A stretch of 64,000 nucleotides of DNA from Ascidiella aspersa (Eukaryota): NCBI GenBank assembly GCA_963924565.1, contig OZ004608.1:9734001-9798000 (forward strand), written 5' to 3'. The position numbers and the translations under genes are program-made. Positions 53,201 through 64,000 of the stretch are shown piece by piece. Below the pieces are notes generated by a model that worked only from the letters and a program-made list of their open reading frames with translations, was not told the origin of the DNA and ran no database searches. Position 1 is the stretch's first letter; each line of letters opens with the position of its first letter.

Positions 53201-53698
53201 TCTCCACAGGAAATCAGACCGGTTTTGGTCTTAAACGGGGGTAACCTAGAATCTCATGAAGGGGAAACTACGAAAGTATCCGAAGCCCCTTCGAGTCCTC
53301 AGCCTAGTACCAGGCCAAGCTCCAGTCCGAAGCTAATAGATTCATCAAACGTCAATCCAAGCCCCAATCTAAGCCCTAAACCTAGTCCCAAACTAAGATC
53401 TAGTCCCAGTCCTAAGCCTATTGAAATCTTGACATCTCAACCCAGTCCGAAGCCAAGTCCCAAATCAAGTCCTAAAAGTCCCACATTAAGTCCCAATGCA
53501 AGTCCCAAATTAGGTTCAAAGCCCAGTCCTAAATTGAGCCCCAAACCCAGCCCAAAACCTAGTCCGAGACCTAGTCCCAAACCTAGCCCTAGACTGGGTA
53601 ACCAGCACTCAGTGACATTCGCGGACTCAACAAAGAAGGATTCTGGCGAGTCGGGTAAAAGCTCAATGCCTCTTCTTGCTGAGCTTACGTCGACATAG
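44283..53698 (+). CDS. Protein with 8 fibronectin type III repeats, N-terminal MGxxxS motif and Pro-rich repetitive tail (~1152 aa)
   Basis: Frame-consistent exons 44283-44397, 44665-44807, 45740-45869, 46302-46571, 47453-47581, 48039-48179, 48589-48765, 48987-49076, 49389-49503, 49868-50025, 50391-50513, 50961-51107, 51555-51824, 52248-53698. FN3 motifs (P..L......V.W...G..Y...L.PG..Y.V.V) recur with phase-1 domain boundaries. Confidence 0.85.
45039..45647. mobile_element. hAT-type MITE with a nested palindromic element (~45185-45455)
   Basis: Outer termini cagtggtatcaacc...ggttgaaaacccctg with TSD tgctagca/tgctagaa. Inner inverted arms tttacagtacagttgcactgcgctgagc...gctcagtgcagctctagtgtaaa. 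Confidence 0.72.
50577..50877. mobile_element. hAT-type MITE
   Basis: caggagttctcaaa ... tttgagaactc termini. Body similar to 4770-5108. Confidence 0.6.
52598..53590 (+). repeat. Coding tandem repeats: ~4 x 111-bp (37-aa) units, then (SPKP)n-like repeats
   Basis: KPPSPI..KTPSPEPE..ESPEPV units start at 52598, 52709, ~52820 and ~52931. SPKP/SPKL/SPRP repeats run ~53360-53590. Confidence 0.85.
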
Positions 53699-55313
53699 AT
53701 ATGTTAACATTCGATCCTGTGGAAATTGAAAAATGTCTCAGACAAAAGTGCCTGAAGAAACTGTAGTTGTCTTCGTGTAAGTTTGTTTGTCAAACCTTGC
53801 CCCAGGCGATAGGTTGTGCCTTCCAGTTTGACCAATTTTGCAATACCTTTTTGACAAATTTTTTTTGGGCAAAATGTGGTCTTTTCAAGATTTGTTGGTG
53901 ATGTTTAGTTTACAAGTTAGTATTATCGGCACTTTCTTCTTTATTATTTGTGGATTATTTTTGTAAACTGCAAACTTACACCGATCAAAAATGGAGAAAT
54001 GTGTTCCTGCCAGAATGTGATTTATTTTATGACAATATTTTGCTGAAACCATTTGGCCGAACAGCCTTAGAGAAGCAGTTTAAATCCAATTTCACATGTC
54101 TACATAATTTTGACATATCGTTGTATGACATACCACCTAATCAAGTCAATTTTACCAACTGACCCGGGTGTACAAATGTTTTAACTTACTAAGTATAAGA
54201 AAAGAATCAAAGACCGCCGTTGATATTTTTTGTTTTTGTATTTCTTCATACGGGATTTACTTTACTGTTTAATATATTGTTTTATTCGTTACACAAAGTG
54301 TGCGCAAATTTTCGGCCTACTATTTTTAGGTTAAAGGTATATATATAACGAGTTATTACGTCGTTTAGGAATTTTGCAAAGAAATCATAATTATTATGCT
54401 AATATATGCGAAAAGGCTAGTAAGTCTAAATAAGGAAGAACATATATATCCCGAAAACAAACCTGTCAAAAACGAATGACTGTTTATTGCGAAGAAACAT
54501 ATCGCCAAAAGATGGCGAGTGTTTGTTGAAAAAACCAAGACGGTAAATAAAAGAGAAAAAAGGGTTGATTGAACTTTTGTCGCAATCATTGCGTAACCGT
54601 AATACTAGCCTACTATCAGGCCATAAAAGATATGTCATCTGCCAGCATTTTATGCTCCAATAAGCAAAACGATAAGCAGTTGGGATGCACAGATCTGTAA
54701 TGTAGCGCTTGAATATGAATAACAAAAAGCGATCGAGTAAATCAAAATGATCTTGAGAAAGTCGTTTCAATATGTACTTGTATCATTATCAATTAAATAG
54801 CATTATAATAGCGAAAGAGTGCCTATAACCTGGCACCGATTAAATCGGCTTGTATAGCTACGTATTTGTCAACAACTAAAAAAGCTGTTGCATGTCAGTG
54901 CTGATTTACTTATGGTACAGTCAACCCCGAAATTATTCCCACTCCTATAGGCGCCGATATTGTGATATACGGAAAGTTATAGCCTGTTTTGGTAATAACA
55001 ACTTCCCATCTTCTCACTGTTGTATATTTAGGTTATAGAGGCAACAAAAATCTAACATCCCCAATAGTGCCGGATTAACCATTAGGCTACTAAGGCTATA
55101 GCTTTAGGCCCTAGAAAAGTTCGGCCCTCAATTTTGTTTAAGGTTATATTTTTTTTGAAGGCTGATAGACATACCGATCCGTATTTCTATTGCTTTTTGT
55201 AGTTTGGTTTGCAAAATAGGCTTTCACTCTAGTAAACAGCCTTAGGCCTACAATTAGGCCTACGAAGAATAACGAAAACAGTTAAAATACAAGCCCACCA
55301 CTAAACCCCGCCG

Positions 55314-58300
55314 CTACTCATTACAAGTGCGCTCCAATTCCAGGCCTTCGCATGTAGCGCACCTGACCTTGCAGCACCAGTCGAAGGCACAGCGACAGGG
55401 GCTGGTCCTCTGCACCAGCTTGGTACCGTAGCCACGACCGCAGCACAAACGCTGACAGGCGTCTTCGGACACATCTGCGCACCGCCGGCCCCGGGTTCCA
55501 AGGATTCCGAGGCGCGTGCTCCGGTGACATAGGTTAGGAGGCTTCCGGGCGTAGGCCAGCTTACGCTTGCTGATCTTGCGCGGGCGCCGCGACCCTAAAG
55601 TGTGCAGGAATTCTTATGTGGGTCTGAGTGCGAATTTCAGAGAGTTTTCGTGCGTTGCAACAGTTATGTGATATATTAGGTTTAAATAGGATGAGCTATC
55701 GAAGCACGGAAAGTTTGTCTGTTAGTCACCTTACTACCCGCCCTTCCATTAGAACAAATCAGTGTTGTAAACGAATCATTTTGAAATGACTTAAGCTAAG
55801 TCAAGTCATTTTGTTCGAAGGACTTAAGTCAAGTCAAGTCATTTAAAAACAATGACTTGAGGGTACTAAGTCAAGTAAATGATTTAAGTCATTACAACAC
55901 TGGCACAAATGTGTCTAACAACTAAGGTTCATAAATTTTACCATGACTAAAGTCTTTAACCAATCATGAAACGTGTCAAACTATTAGAATACTTTCGAGT
56001 TTTACTGTACATGATAAATAAACTAGACCTTACTCGACTATTAAAAGTAAGGGTACTGCATGCATAGGTTTTTACTCGCAAAAATGTAAGCGCCAGTTTG
56101 GAAAGTCAACTAGAAAAACAATGCTGTTGGTCAATAAAAGAAAAAGATATGAATTGCTATTCTAGCCGTTTACCTTGTACGAGTATTGTAAAAAACAACC
56201 TGGGTTTTGGTCAAAGCAGCACGCACACCTGTGATGGTCACTAATAATATGGTGGTTATGTAGCCTCATCTGACCGCTATCCTTGAGCTTATTTTTATGA
56301 ATATTGTCTGGCTTGCACTTGTCGAGTTTATACTTACCAGAGAATAAATGCTGAGACGACTTCCGCTTTTTCTGTTGTTGCTTCGAGACGCGCTTGGCGG
56401 CGAAGTAAGCATTCTTGATCTGCTTGACCACCACCCTGAGGTCGGCCTGCCTCCGCCAACACGTCCTGGTTGCACAGGACGCCGTTAAACCGTGGCACTT
56501 GCAGAGAAGCACCACTGATTTCTCGTAAATCTGCAACGCAAGCCGGTTCACATCAAGAATAACAACAGTGAAACACTTTTGGCCAAATGAATTCATTAAC
56601 TTGAGAAATGATCAAAAAAATCCAAAACTTTATTTTAGTTTAGGGCTAATATAGCAAAAAAAGTCAAGAATGTTTCACCAACCGTTTAGTTTTTACTTGA
56701 ATCATCATCAGTTAAACGAAAAAAACACAATAAGATCTATAAATCGACCATATCTATAAGGAGGAATTATTTATAATATAGTAGCATTAAGACCATCGAC
56801 ATAAGAAAACCAGATACGCAGTAATATCTACAACGAAATATTATGGAAAATCGTCTGAGTAAGACCTAAACCTGTCGTGATAAATCCCTTAAAACGAGCC
56901 CTGTTTTACCGAACTGTTTGCCCTCGTTTAGGTTTAGGGATGGGAAATCGCCACGGTAAGACGACAATTTGAGATAGATTGAACTAAACCGATTTCGATT
57001 TTATACCAAATATTAGGTATTAGTTCTATTTTGGTCTTTATTCCGACGATCAGTGGCGTAGCCAGCCGAAAAAAGAGGGCCGAAGTTTGAACTTTTTTGT
57101 TTAACTTTTACCATTGTATTAACTGCCGTAACGAACACAAATAACAATGCTAGCAAACCGTTTCGAGCGAGCAGCAACTGGCTAAGTGTTAACGCAATTA
57201 TTAAAAAAACATTCAAAGAGCAAAAGCTGACTAGTAAAACTACATTCACAGGATTTTAAAAATAGTTTGCTTCGCAAGAAGTTAAAAAAATACGTGGATA
57301 GAACTTAGATTTGCGTTATCGCATCGATTCGGTAAAAGAAAGTTATAAAATCGTGTTTAAAGATTTCAGATCAAGATTGTCGCGAATAATATTTTACAAT
57401 CGATATCCCGAACGAGCCATCCTATGAGCACGTCATAATCGTAATGACGCCAACTAGAAAAGCGCCACTTTTATTGGGCCGTTGCTTTGAAGTTTGGGCA
57501 GGGGTAGACGGGTACGTAAATTGGGGCAATTACCAGACGGGCCAGATATGCCTGTGAACGAGCTTGTGACAAATCAGAGAGCTAAGGAATGGTAAACGAA
57601 TGTTCTGGAAAATTCATTGCCTCGTTTAAGCACTACGGTCATACAAGCCTTTATATTTTAAAATCAGCAAATTTGCTAAACGCAATCGATTTTAAGGTGA
57701 GCCTGTATAGACATCATATTACACAAATGAATAGTAACCGATAGCACGTTCTAGATTTGCCTTACAGTGTTTTGCAGTGGCGGTACAAAAAACTTTTTTA
57801 ATGATTATTTTTTTGGAACAAGTGTTGCACTTTACTTTACACCACAAAAACGCCATTACTATTTTACGATTAGACGTAGTAACTTTTCAAAGTTATGTGA
57901 AATGTTCAAAATGATATCTAATTGTGTATGAGCTTCGATATTCTTACTGTACGTCTTATTACAACTTTTAACTATTCTGCTTCAAAATTTCACGTTTAAA
58001 ACTTTCGAAACCAGAAGAACATCAGCAGGAATTTGGTATCGAGCTTAGTTGGCGTGCGACAGCAGCACAAAAACCTCAACAAGAATACAGACAAACACTC
58101 GACCGGTCGTTTTCCTTTTCCGTCGTTTAAAGAGCGATCGAATCACTCAAGGGCAATTTCGAGCTGATGAACGTTACGTCGCCCGCCCAATAAACACCGT
58201 CGCGGGATTTTTTAACGCGCGCAATTTTCGGCCAATTGCGCAAAAAGCGACAATTTCGAGCAGTCGCACTCCGAGCAATAAACGTCGGCGACGGCAACCC

Positions 58301-61300
58301 AAACAAAAACCCTGTTGTCGGCGAGACTGTTGCCAAAAGCGAATCGGCTATTTGTCCCGGGCAATTTTGATTTGTAAACGCAAAAGTGTTACAATTCTGA
58401 CGATCCGAATTGTGTAGTTTATACATATTTACTCATAAATGCCTGCGAACCAAGCGTTTTGATAGCAATAAAAACGCAATTTATAAAAGGGGATTTCGAA
58501 ACGAAACATTTACGCGCAATTTCTCACATTATACTATCTGAAATTGTTATTATAACAAGTATGACTCAACCTATTACCTAAACCTTAACAGCAAAGTTGA
58601 AGTTCAGCATTCCAACAGACCACAAACTATGATTGCAGTTAGGTCATATTCAATAAAAAGAATGCGTCTCCTTTTAAAAAATAAGGCTCCAATATTGTAT
58701 TTGAACAAACTACTATTTACCAACCTTCAAGCCAACGTCCGCATTGTGCAAATTGATGCGATCAGACAAGGAGAGCTTCCTTACATTCCTAGTGGCGATC
58801 CCCTTTTCGAGATGCTCCTTGCTGAAACGGACGGCAAACTCGTCGACGTGACTTAAGTTTCCCCACAACCAATCCTAAAGCAAAACTTTGTTTCTACCTC
58901 TAACAGACCGGGTGGTAATCTGTTTTAATTATGGACGTAATGTTAATTACTTGGTACACATCATTTCACATTTAAAAAAGTGAAAGCTAAAATCAAACTC
59001 CTCTTGGTTACGACAAATTCAGCTTCAAGGCAGTGGGTTCTAACATAGGTCTCTTTTTATATTTAGAAGTGGCGCATTCTATTAATTTATATTTAGGAAT
59101 GGCGCATTCTATTTATAATTTCTTGGGGTGTGGTAAGCGAACCACTGCGTCCTGAAATGTTTCTTCAATTATCTTAGTTTAATCAAGTAGAAAAGAATTG
59201 CTTATTTTATACACTGAACCTGTCTATATACGTGAACCAACACCATTCGAAAACGTTATGGGTCCTAATTTGTGTCAGAGCGTACTAAAACCAAGACCGA
59301 ACCCGAGTCTGACGTGCGCATGCACAGTATGACATTTAAAAACTATTAAGGCGGCAAAATGTAAGTTGTAAAAGTGTAATAGCAAATGGTGAAATATTTT
59401 TAAACCATGTAATGCGGGTGGATCAATTATGACACCAATATAAGTGGAATGCAGAAAATCCACCTTAACTTAGTTGCGTAAATGGGTAAAATACAGGCTG
59501 CAGATTCAGAGCTGGACTCGGCACTCGACAAAATCTTACATTTGTCCGGAGTCGGACTCTGGACTCGGGAGTCGGACTCGGGTGTATTTTTTTGGCCGGA
59601 GTCGGACTCGGGAGTCGGACTCGGGAGTTGGACTCGGGTTGTTTTCAACCGGCTCTGCAGCCCTGGTTTTAAGCCAAAATGAACATTTTTATTTGTATAA
59701 ACACCTGCAACCGTGCCATGGTGACTATCACGCGCTTTCTAATTGACTTTGAAATGTGCGGCAGCTTTAGCTTATCCATGGGCGTTCTCCTTATGGCTGC
59801 TGTCAGGCTGGAGTTGCTGGTCATTCGTGTCTCTTCTTGCAGACAGGCCACCATGTGTCGTTTCATGCAGGAATCGCCGACGGCGTGGGCTATGGCTGCC
59901 CTTGTAACCGCGTAGTAAAACGCCGATTCCTTGGTGTCTGCGGCAAACACGATTATAGACTTATTTTTTATTTCTTCGGCCAGCATATATAGCTTTAGAT
60001 GCATGGTGTTTTATATACAACAACCCACTTATAGAGGTGTGCAATTCCATAAAGAAAGAAACGCTAGCATAACGTTGTATTGTAGATATTTGTAAAGTAT
60101 TCTGTAGCGGTTTATATCACCAGTTTAAGACGTAGGCTAATCTAAAAAAATAGACCAAAAGGTGGTCCATTGTAACATATTTTTAAGAACCAATAATTAC
60201 GAATAAAATTCGGTTACACCTTTAAGTCCGATCGGAAGAACGCGATCGTCATATCGGCCAACAATTCTGCTGGTGTCATTTTTCTCTGGTAATGCTCGAA
60301 AGTCCCGAACCAGACTGCAGTTCCACCTGAATAATTTTTTTTAGTATAGACAGTCATTTTTAGCATTCAGCTTTCAATTGACTATAGTACTGAACGCACA
60401 TTTCGTGGTAGAACACTTCCTCGCAAAGCTTGATTGCTCTTTCGTAATGCTGTACCACGGCACGAGCAGCTACTGGGTCCATGGAACAAATTCCCCGCTG
60501 TAATGCTGTCATTTCTGTATAAAATAGCAGTTCTGTAATACGTATAGATCTTTGCGAATAATGGTGAACATAAAAAGAGCCTACTGGCTTAACATAGTTT
60601 AGGGTCAAGACATTTTGAAATAATATAATCACAGAACAAAAACTTTCAATAATGAACAATTTTCCTATTAGCAAACGAAATCGCACGAATTGAAAATAAT
60701 CTTTAATGTGGAAATTTAAAGCGTATCGGTTAACAAAACAGGTTAATTTTCTACAAGTATAGCATGAATTAAGAGACAACAGTCTAAACAAATATGAAAT
60801 TCATTTTAGCAATGTATACAAAACCATGGTACTTGTGTCATCGGTGAGCGTTTAACCTTTAATTTTTTTTAATAAATTGTCAATTGTTAGTCCAGCGGCA
60901 TTTCATAACTATCTAAGCTTCGGTAAAACACCTTAGTACAGTGATTCCCAACCTTTTTTTGGCGCGACCCTTATTCGGGTGTGGCAAAAATCTTTTTCGA
61001 TGGTCGAATAGTCACCGTTTAATTTATATTAGACAAGGCCATTAGTGTAAACTATATGCTTTGGTCGCTGACTGAAAACAATACTTATTGTCATAAACAC
61101 GACTGGTTTACTTGCAAGTCCCATCAACACAATTGTTAGATTGGCGGATGTTCTTGCCCCCTTCTACTGCTAAGATTTTACATATTGTTTGTTGTTTCTT
61201 GTCTTTTTTTCGTTTCCTGTCAAACTTTCGATCAACAAATCGTACATGGCAAACCCCCCTGACAACCTATTGCGATTCTCTTGGTGATCGTGACGCCCAG

Positions 61301-61951
61301 GTTAGGAACCATTGCCCCTAGTAGTTTCAGCTATAGACGAAATAAGATTCGCGGCTACTGTCGGGACAAATTTAGATTTCACCTTGGTCGCTGAGACACC
61401 AATCAGGAAGTTGAACTGCGATGAGCGAGGTTGGGGTGGAGGGGGGAAGGTAATCGTTGACCGAGAAGTGGGAATGCTGAAGCGGATGCTGGGAGATCAT
61501 AAACCGGGGTTTTCTAGAAAAAAAAGGTTTCCAAGTATATAATATATAATAACAACCAGTTAGTCTATATATATTTTAGCAATCAAAGCAGTATTTTTAA
61601 TTCTTTTCAGTTTCAATTTTTAGCATCGAGTGACGACATTTCTAATTGATTTTTCTACCTCTCTTTTTGAGTTCAATAATTGCACAATGAAGGACTCTAC
61701 TAAATAATATTATTAAAAACGACTTTATAAATCTAATAAATTTGAGTTTTAAATTTACTAACCAGCTATGAAAAAAACATTTTTTTAGAAAATCAATTTT
61801 GTAAACCATCTTCCAATAAAACTGCTTCATTTACTCACACAAGCGCAGAATCAGTTTCCACCCTGAGCGCCCAGTGGCTGTCAATCAAAAGAATAAATAC
61901 CAGCAACACATTTCGACAGAAATCGATAGTTCCTCGGCAGGCAGCAAGCAT
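55314..61951 (-). CDS. Wnt: Divergent (orphan) Wnt ligand, ~440 aa, 8 exons
   Basis: Exons 61951-61839 (signal peptide MLAAC..VLLVFILLI), 61513-61383, 60514-60400, 60326-60220, 59937-59705, 58874-58725, 56530-56338 and 55594-55314, all frame-consistent. Motifs: WNCS, DTKESAFYYA, NLHN..G, CKCHGLTASCATRTCW, GTRGRRC, CCGRGY, CRCAFDWCCKVRC. Subfamily not assignable by eye. Confidence 0.93.
55760..55901. mobile_element. Small MITE with internal (AAGTC)n/GACTT repeats
   Basis: TIR cagtgttgtaa ... ttacaacactg with an internal gacttaagtcaagtcaagtc array. Related relics at ~2890-2955 and ~44470-44570. Confidence 0.65.
59510..59665. repeat. (GGAGTCGGACTC)n array with MITE-like end
   Basis: Repeated ggagtcggactc units, ending in gctctgcagccctg. 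Confidence 0.65.
60939..61314. mobile_element. hAT-type MITE in Wnt intron 2
   Basis: cagtgattcccaacc ... ggttaggaaccattg termini. Flanks ccttagta/ccctagta. Confidence 0.6.
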
Positions 61952-63422
61952 TTCAGTGATATTTCAACTTCCGATTTCCTATACCAAATCGCTCTCAAAC
62001 ACAATAACGAACTCCCTTGCACCTTTACGATCCATTTATGCTCTCTGCAATTCTTAAGAAGTGAGTGCTTCGCTATTCGTGCAAACTTTAGAAACTATCA
62101 CATATAGTTTGGCTAAACTGCCGCAGGTAGAACCGCCTTTTTCTGCGCCAAATTTCAGCTGAACGCCATTATATCACGATATAGCGCAGTCTGGCTGTTC
62201 CAAGATTTTTAGCCTTGACGTAACGGATTACGTATTATTGTGACGTCTCGAAACCACTCACTTTGCTTGATCAAACGTGATCAGACTCTCAATGCCAATA
62301 CGGTAGTAATTGTAGCTAAATAATGCAAAGACATATATTATATGCCTCAATAGCGAGTAAAAAACAAAAGGTATAAAATGATTGTTTTAGACAGGATAAA
62401 ACGAGGTCGACTTTCTAATTATTATTTTTAATTATAGCATTTTGTGTATCGTTCTTCTTGCCAGTATTAATAAATGCCAGTTTCAGAGCAGTTGCAGTAT
62501 TCTACGTTTTTCAAATCAAGTCTGTCTTGATCTTTCTAAAAATGTACAAGAATTCACCATGATTTTTTGAGCCATTTATCTTTATTCTAGGTTAAAGAAA
62601 GCAGTTTTAAAACAAATTATATAGGGCTGTCAAATAATTCATTCCTTGGTGATGGACGATTTGCTGTTTCGCGCCGAGTGTCTCTTTTCCGGTTTTGCAC
62701 AGTTTGACAAAATGTTATGTTGCTTGAAGATACAGTCGACAGTTGAAAGTTTATTTGCGAAAATAGTTTAAGAAAAACATAGGCTGTGTTAGCTTCAAAC
62801 GTTAGTTCACTTGAATTTTTGTTTTGTAGAAATTCACTATTTAAAATAGAAAATATGCCGCTCATGCCTAAAATGCACATCGGTAGCAATACAACTTAGT
62901 ATTATTTATTGCCTTTGATCAGATAGCATCGGACATAACTATATAAAACAGGTTTCTGGTACTATAGTCAAATAAGCAAATACATTGGGATAACTGTTTC
63001 AGGGTTATAAATATTTGTTTTAGCGATTAACAGTGTGATTAGTTTTAGTTGTTATCGGATTTTGTTCTGTCAAAAATATCTTTCAAGGTAAAAATATGAA
63101 TTACATCGATCACAATCGGTTGTTAAATCGCCTATAATAATTTAAAATCGAAAGGCTACTGATACCAACTTAGCATGAAAAGAAAACCGATTGTATTGCT
63201 TTGCATAGAGTGTGGACTACGCGCTGCGTAACTGCGTTTTTACTCAATGTTCTCCCTTGATGGTATTTTTTTGTTAAAGTTTTATCTAGCTAATACCATT
63301 TTACATAATATTGTTAATACTTTTTATAAAAGGCACGACTTGCCGCGGATCTGTAATGTTAAATTTCCATAAAGCTTGCTAAACGGAAAGTATCCGAGGT
63401 TGTGTGCAAACAAGAAAGCCCA

Positions 63423-64000
63423 ATGCTTAGTTCTCAAGAGAATACACAGCTTTCAGAAGTGGAAACGAAACTCTTCAAGCGAAGATGGGTGTTTCTTGTC
63501 GCGCAGTGTTCGCTTCAAGCTTTAAGCGGATTATCGTTCAGCTGTTTTGGCGAAATCAGCAACTTTTACGTGGAGTACTTTGATGTGTCGTACTGGGAGG
63601 TGGACTGGCTAACTTTGACCCACGACATACCTGCTTTTGTCATAACGGTTCCACTGGCAATTCTCACTTTGTACGAATTTGTTCAGCTTCGAAACTTGAC
63701 GCTGATATCAACATGTTGTGCTACAGTTGGATTTGGTTGTTTCACTGCGTCGCTTACTAATCGTTCTATGGTTTTAGTCATGATTTTGGGACAGTTTTTT
63801 GTTGGGACAGCAGCTCAAATAATGCAAGCCATCCCGCCTATATTCGCTGCACTTTGGTTCCCAGAAAACGAAGTGGGTACTGCTATTGCAAGCCAAATCA
63901 TGGGCATGTACATTGGCTGCGCTATGGGCGCACTTTTGCCAGTTACCGTCATACAAAAGGATTCCGACATCCAGGGTAAAAAAGAAACGTTGTTAATCCT
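63423..64000 (+). CDS. MFS transporter, SLC49 (FLVCR/DIRC2)-like; 3' truncated by window edge
   Basis: Open frame from ATG 63423 to the window end: MLSSQ..KLFKRRWVFL..YFDVSYWEVDWL..ILGQFFVG..PPIFAALWFPENEVGTAIA.., with several hydrophobic segments. KRRW, VDWL and WF..E..TA are typical of SLC49. Confidence 0.8.
   Translation, partial: MLSSQENTQLSEVETKLFKRRWVFLVAQCSLQALSGLSFSCFGEISNFYVEYFDVSYWEVDWLTLTHDIPAFVITVPLAILTLYEFVQLRNLTLISTCCATVGFGCFTASLTNRSMVLVMILGQFFVGTAAQIMQAIPPIFAALWFPENEVGTAIASQIMGMYIGCAMGALLPVTVIQKDSDIQGKKETLLI

Noticed and set aside
44283-53698. Receptor tyrosine phosphatase, fibronectin or tenascin assignment
   Set aside because: No signal peptide, TM helix, PTP, EGF or fibrinogen domain is visible, and the next gene downstream is the convergent Wnt.
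56675-56720. Second hammerhead-like string on the minus strand (CTGATGATGATTC...AAAACTAAACGG) in a Wnt intron
   Set aside because: The GAAA core reads TAAA and stem II does not pair. At best it is a decayed relic.
59510-59640. CRISPR-like array of short palindromic repeats
   Set aside because: The context is a eukaryotic intron, with no regular unique spacers and no cas genes. It is a simple MITE-internal repeat.
63423-64000. SLC49-like gene as an intronless retrocopy
   Set aside because: Only 578 nt are visible, and a long first exon is equally plausible.

Overview
AT-rich, intron-containing animal genomic DNA with a compact gene layout. The short introns, dense hAT-type MITEs and divergent Wnt are consistent with an ascidian/tunicate or similar invertebrate, but this is inference and not proven. 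Genes reconstructed by hand from splice sites: (1) a ~19-exon FAM194-domain, C3orf20-like gene (+, ~330-19024, 5' end probably outside the window); (2) a cluster of five related, divergent group-A bHLH transcription factor genes (21799-41875), made of one head-to-head pair plus a recent ~4.5-5 kb tandem triplication, all sharing an intron in helix 2 and an unusual post-bHLH motif; (3) a 14-exon gene for a ~1152-aa protein with an N-myristoylation-type start, 8 fibronectin type III repeats and a Pro/Ser/Lys repeat tail, with no signal peptide or TM segment (+, 44283-53698); (4) an 8-exon, ~440-aa divergent Wnt (-, 55314-61951) with Thr at the lipidated-Ser position and loss of one disulfide pair; (5) the 5' part of an SLC49/FLVCR-type MFS transporter (+, 63423 to window end). 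Non-coding elements include a Penelope-type minimal hammerhead ribozyme on an insertion with an 11-bp target-site duplication, a tRNA-derived SINE family and many MITEs. The best candidates for new biology are the bHLH family cluster, the atypical Wnt and the apparently intracellular, membrane-tethered FN3 protein.
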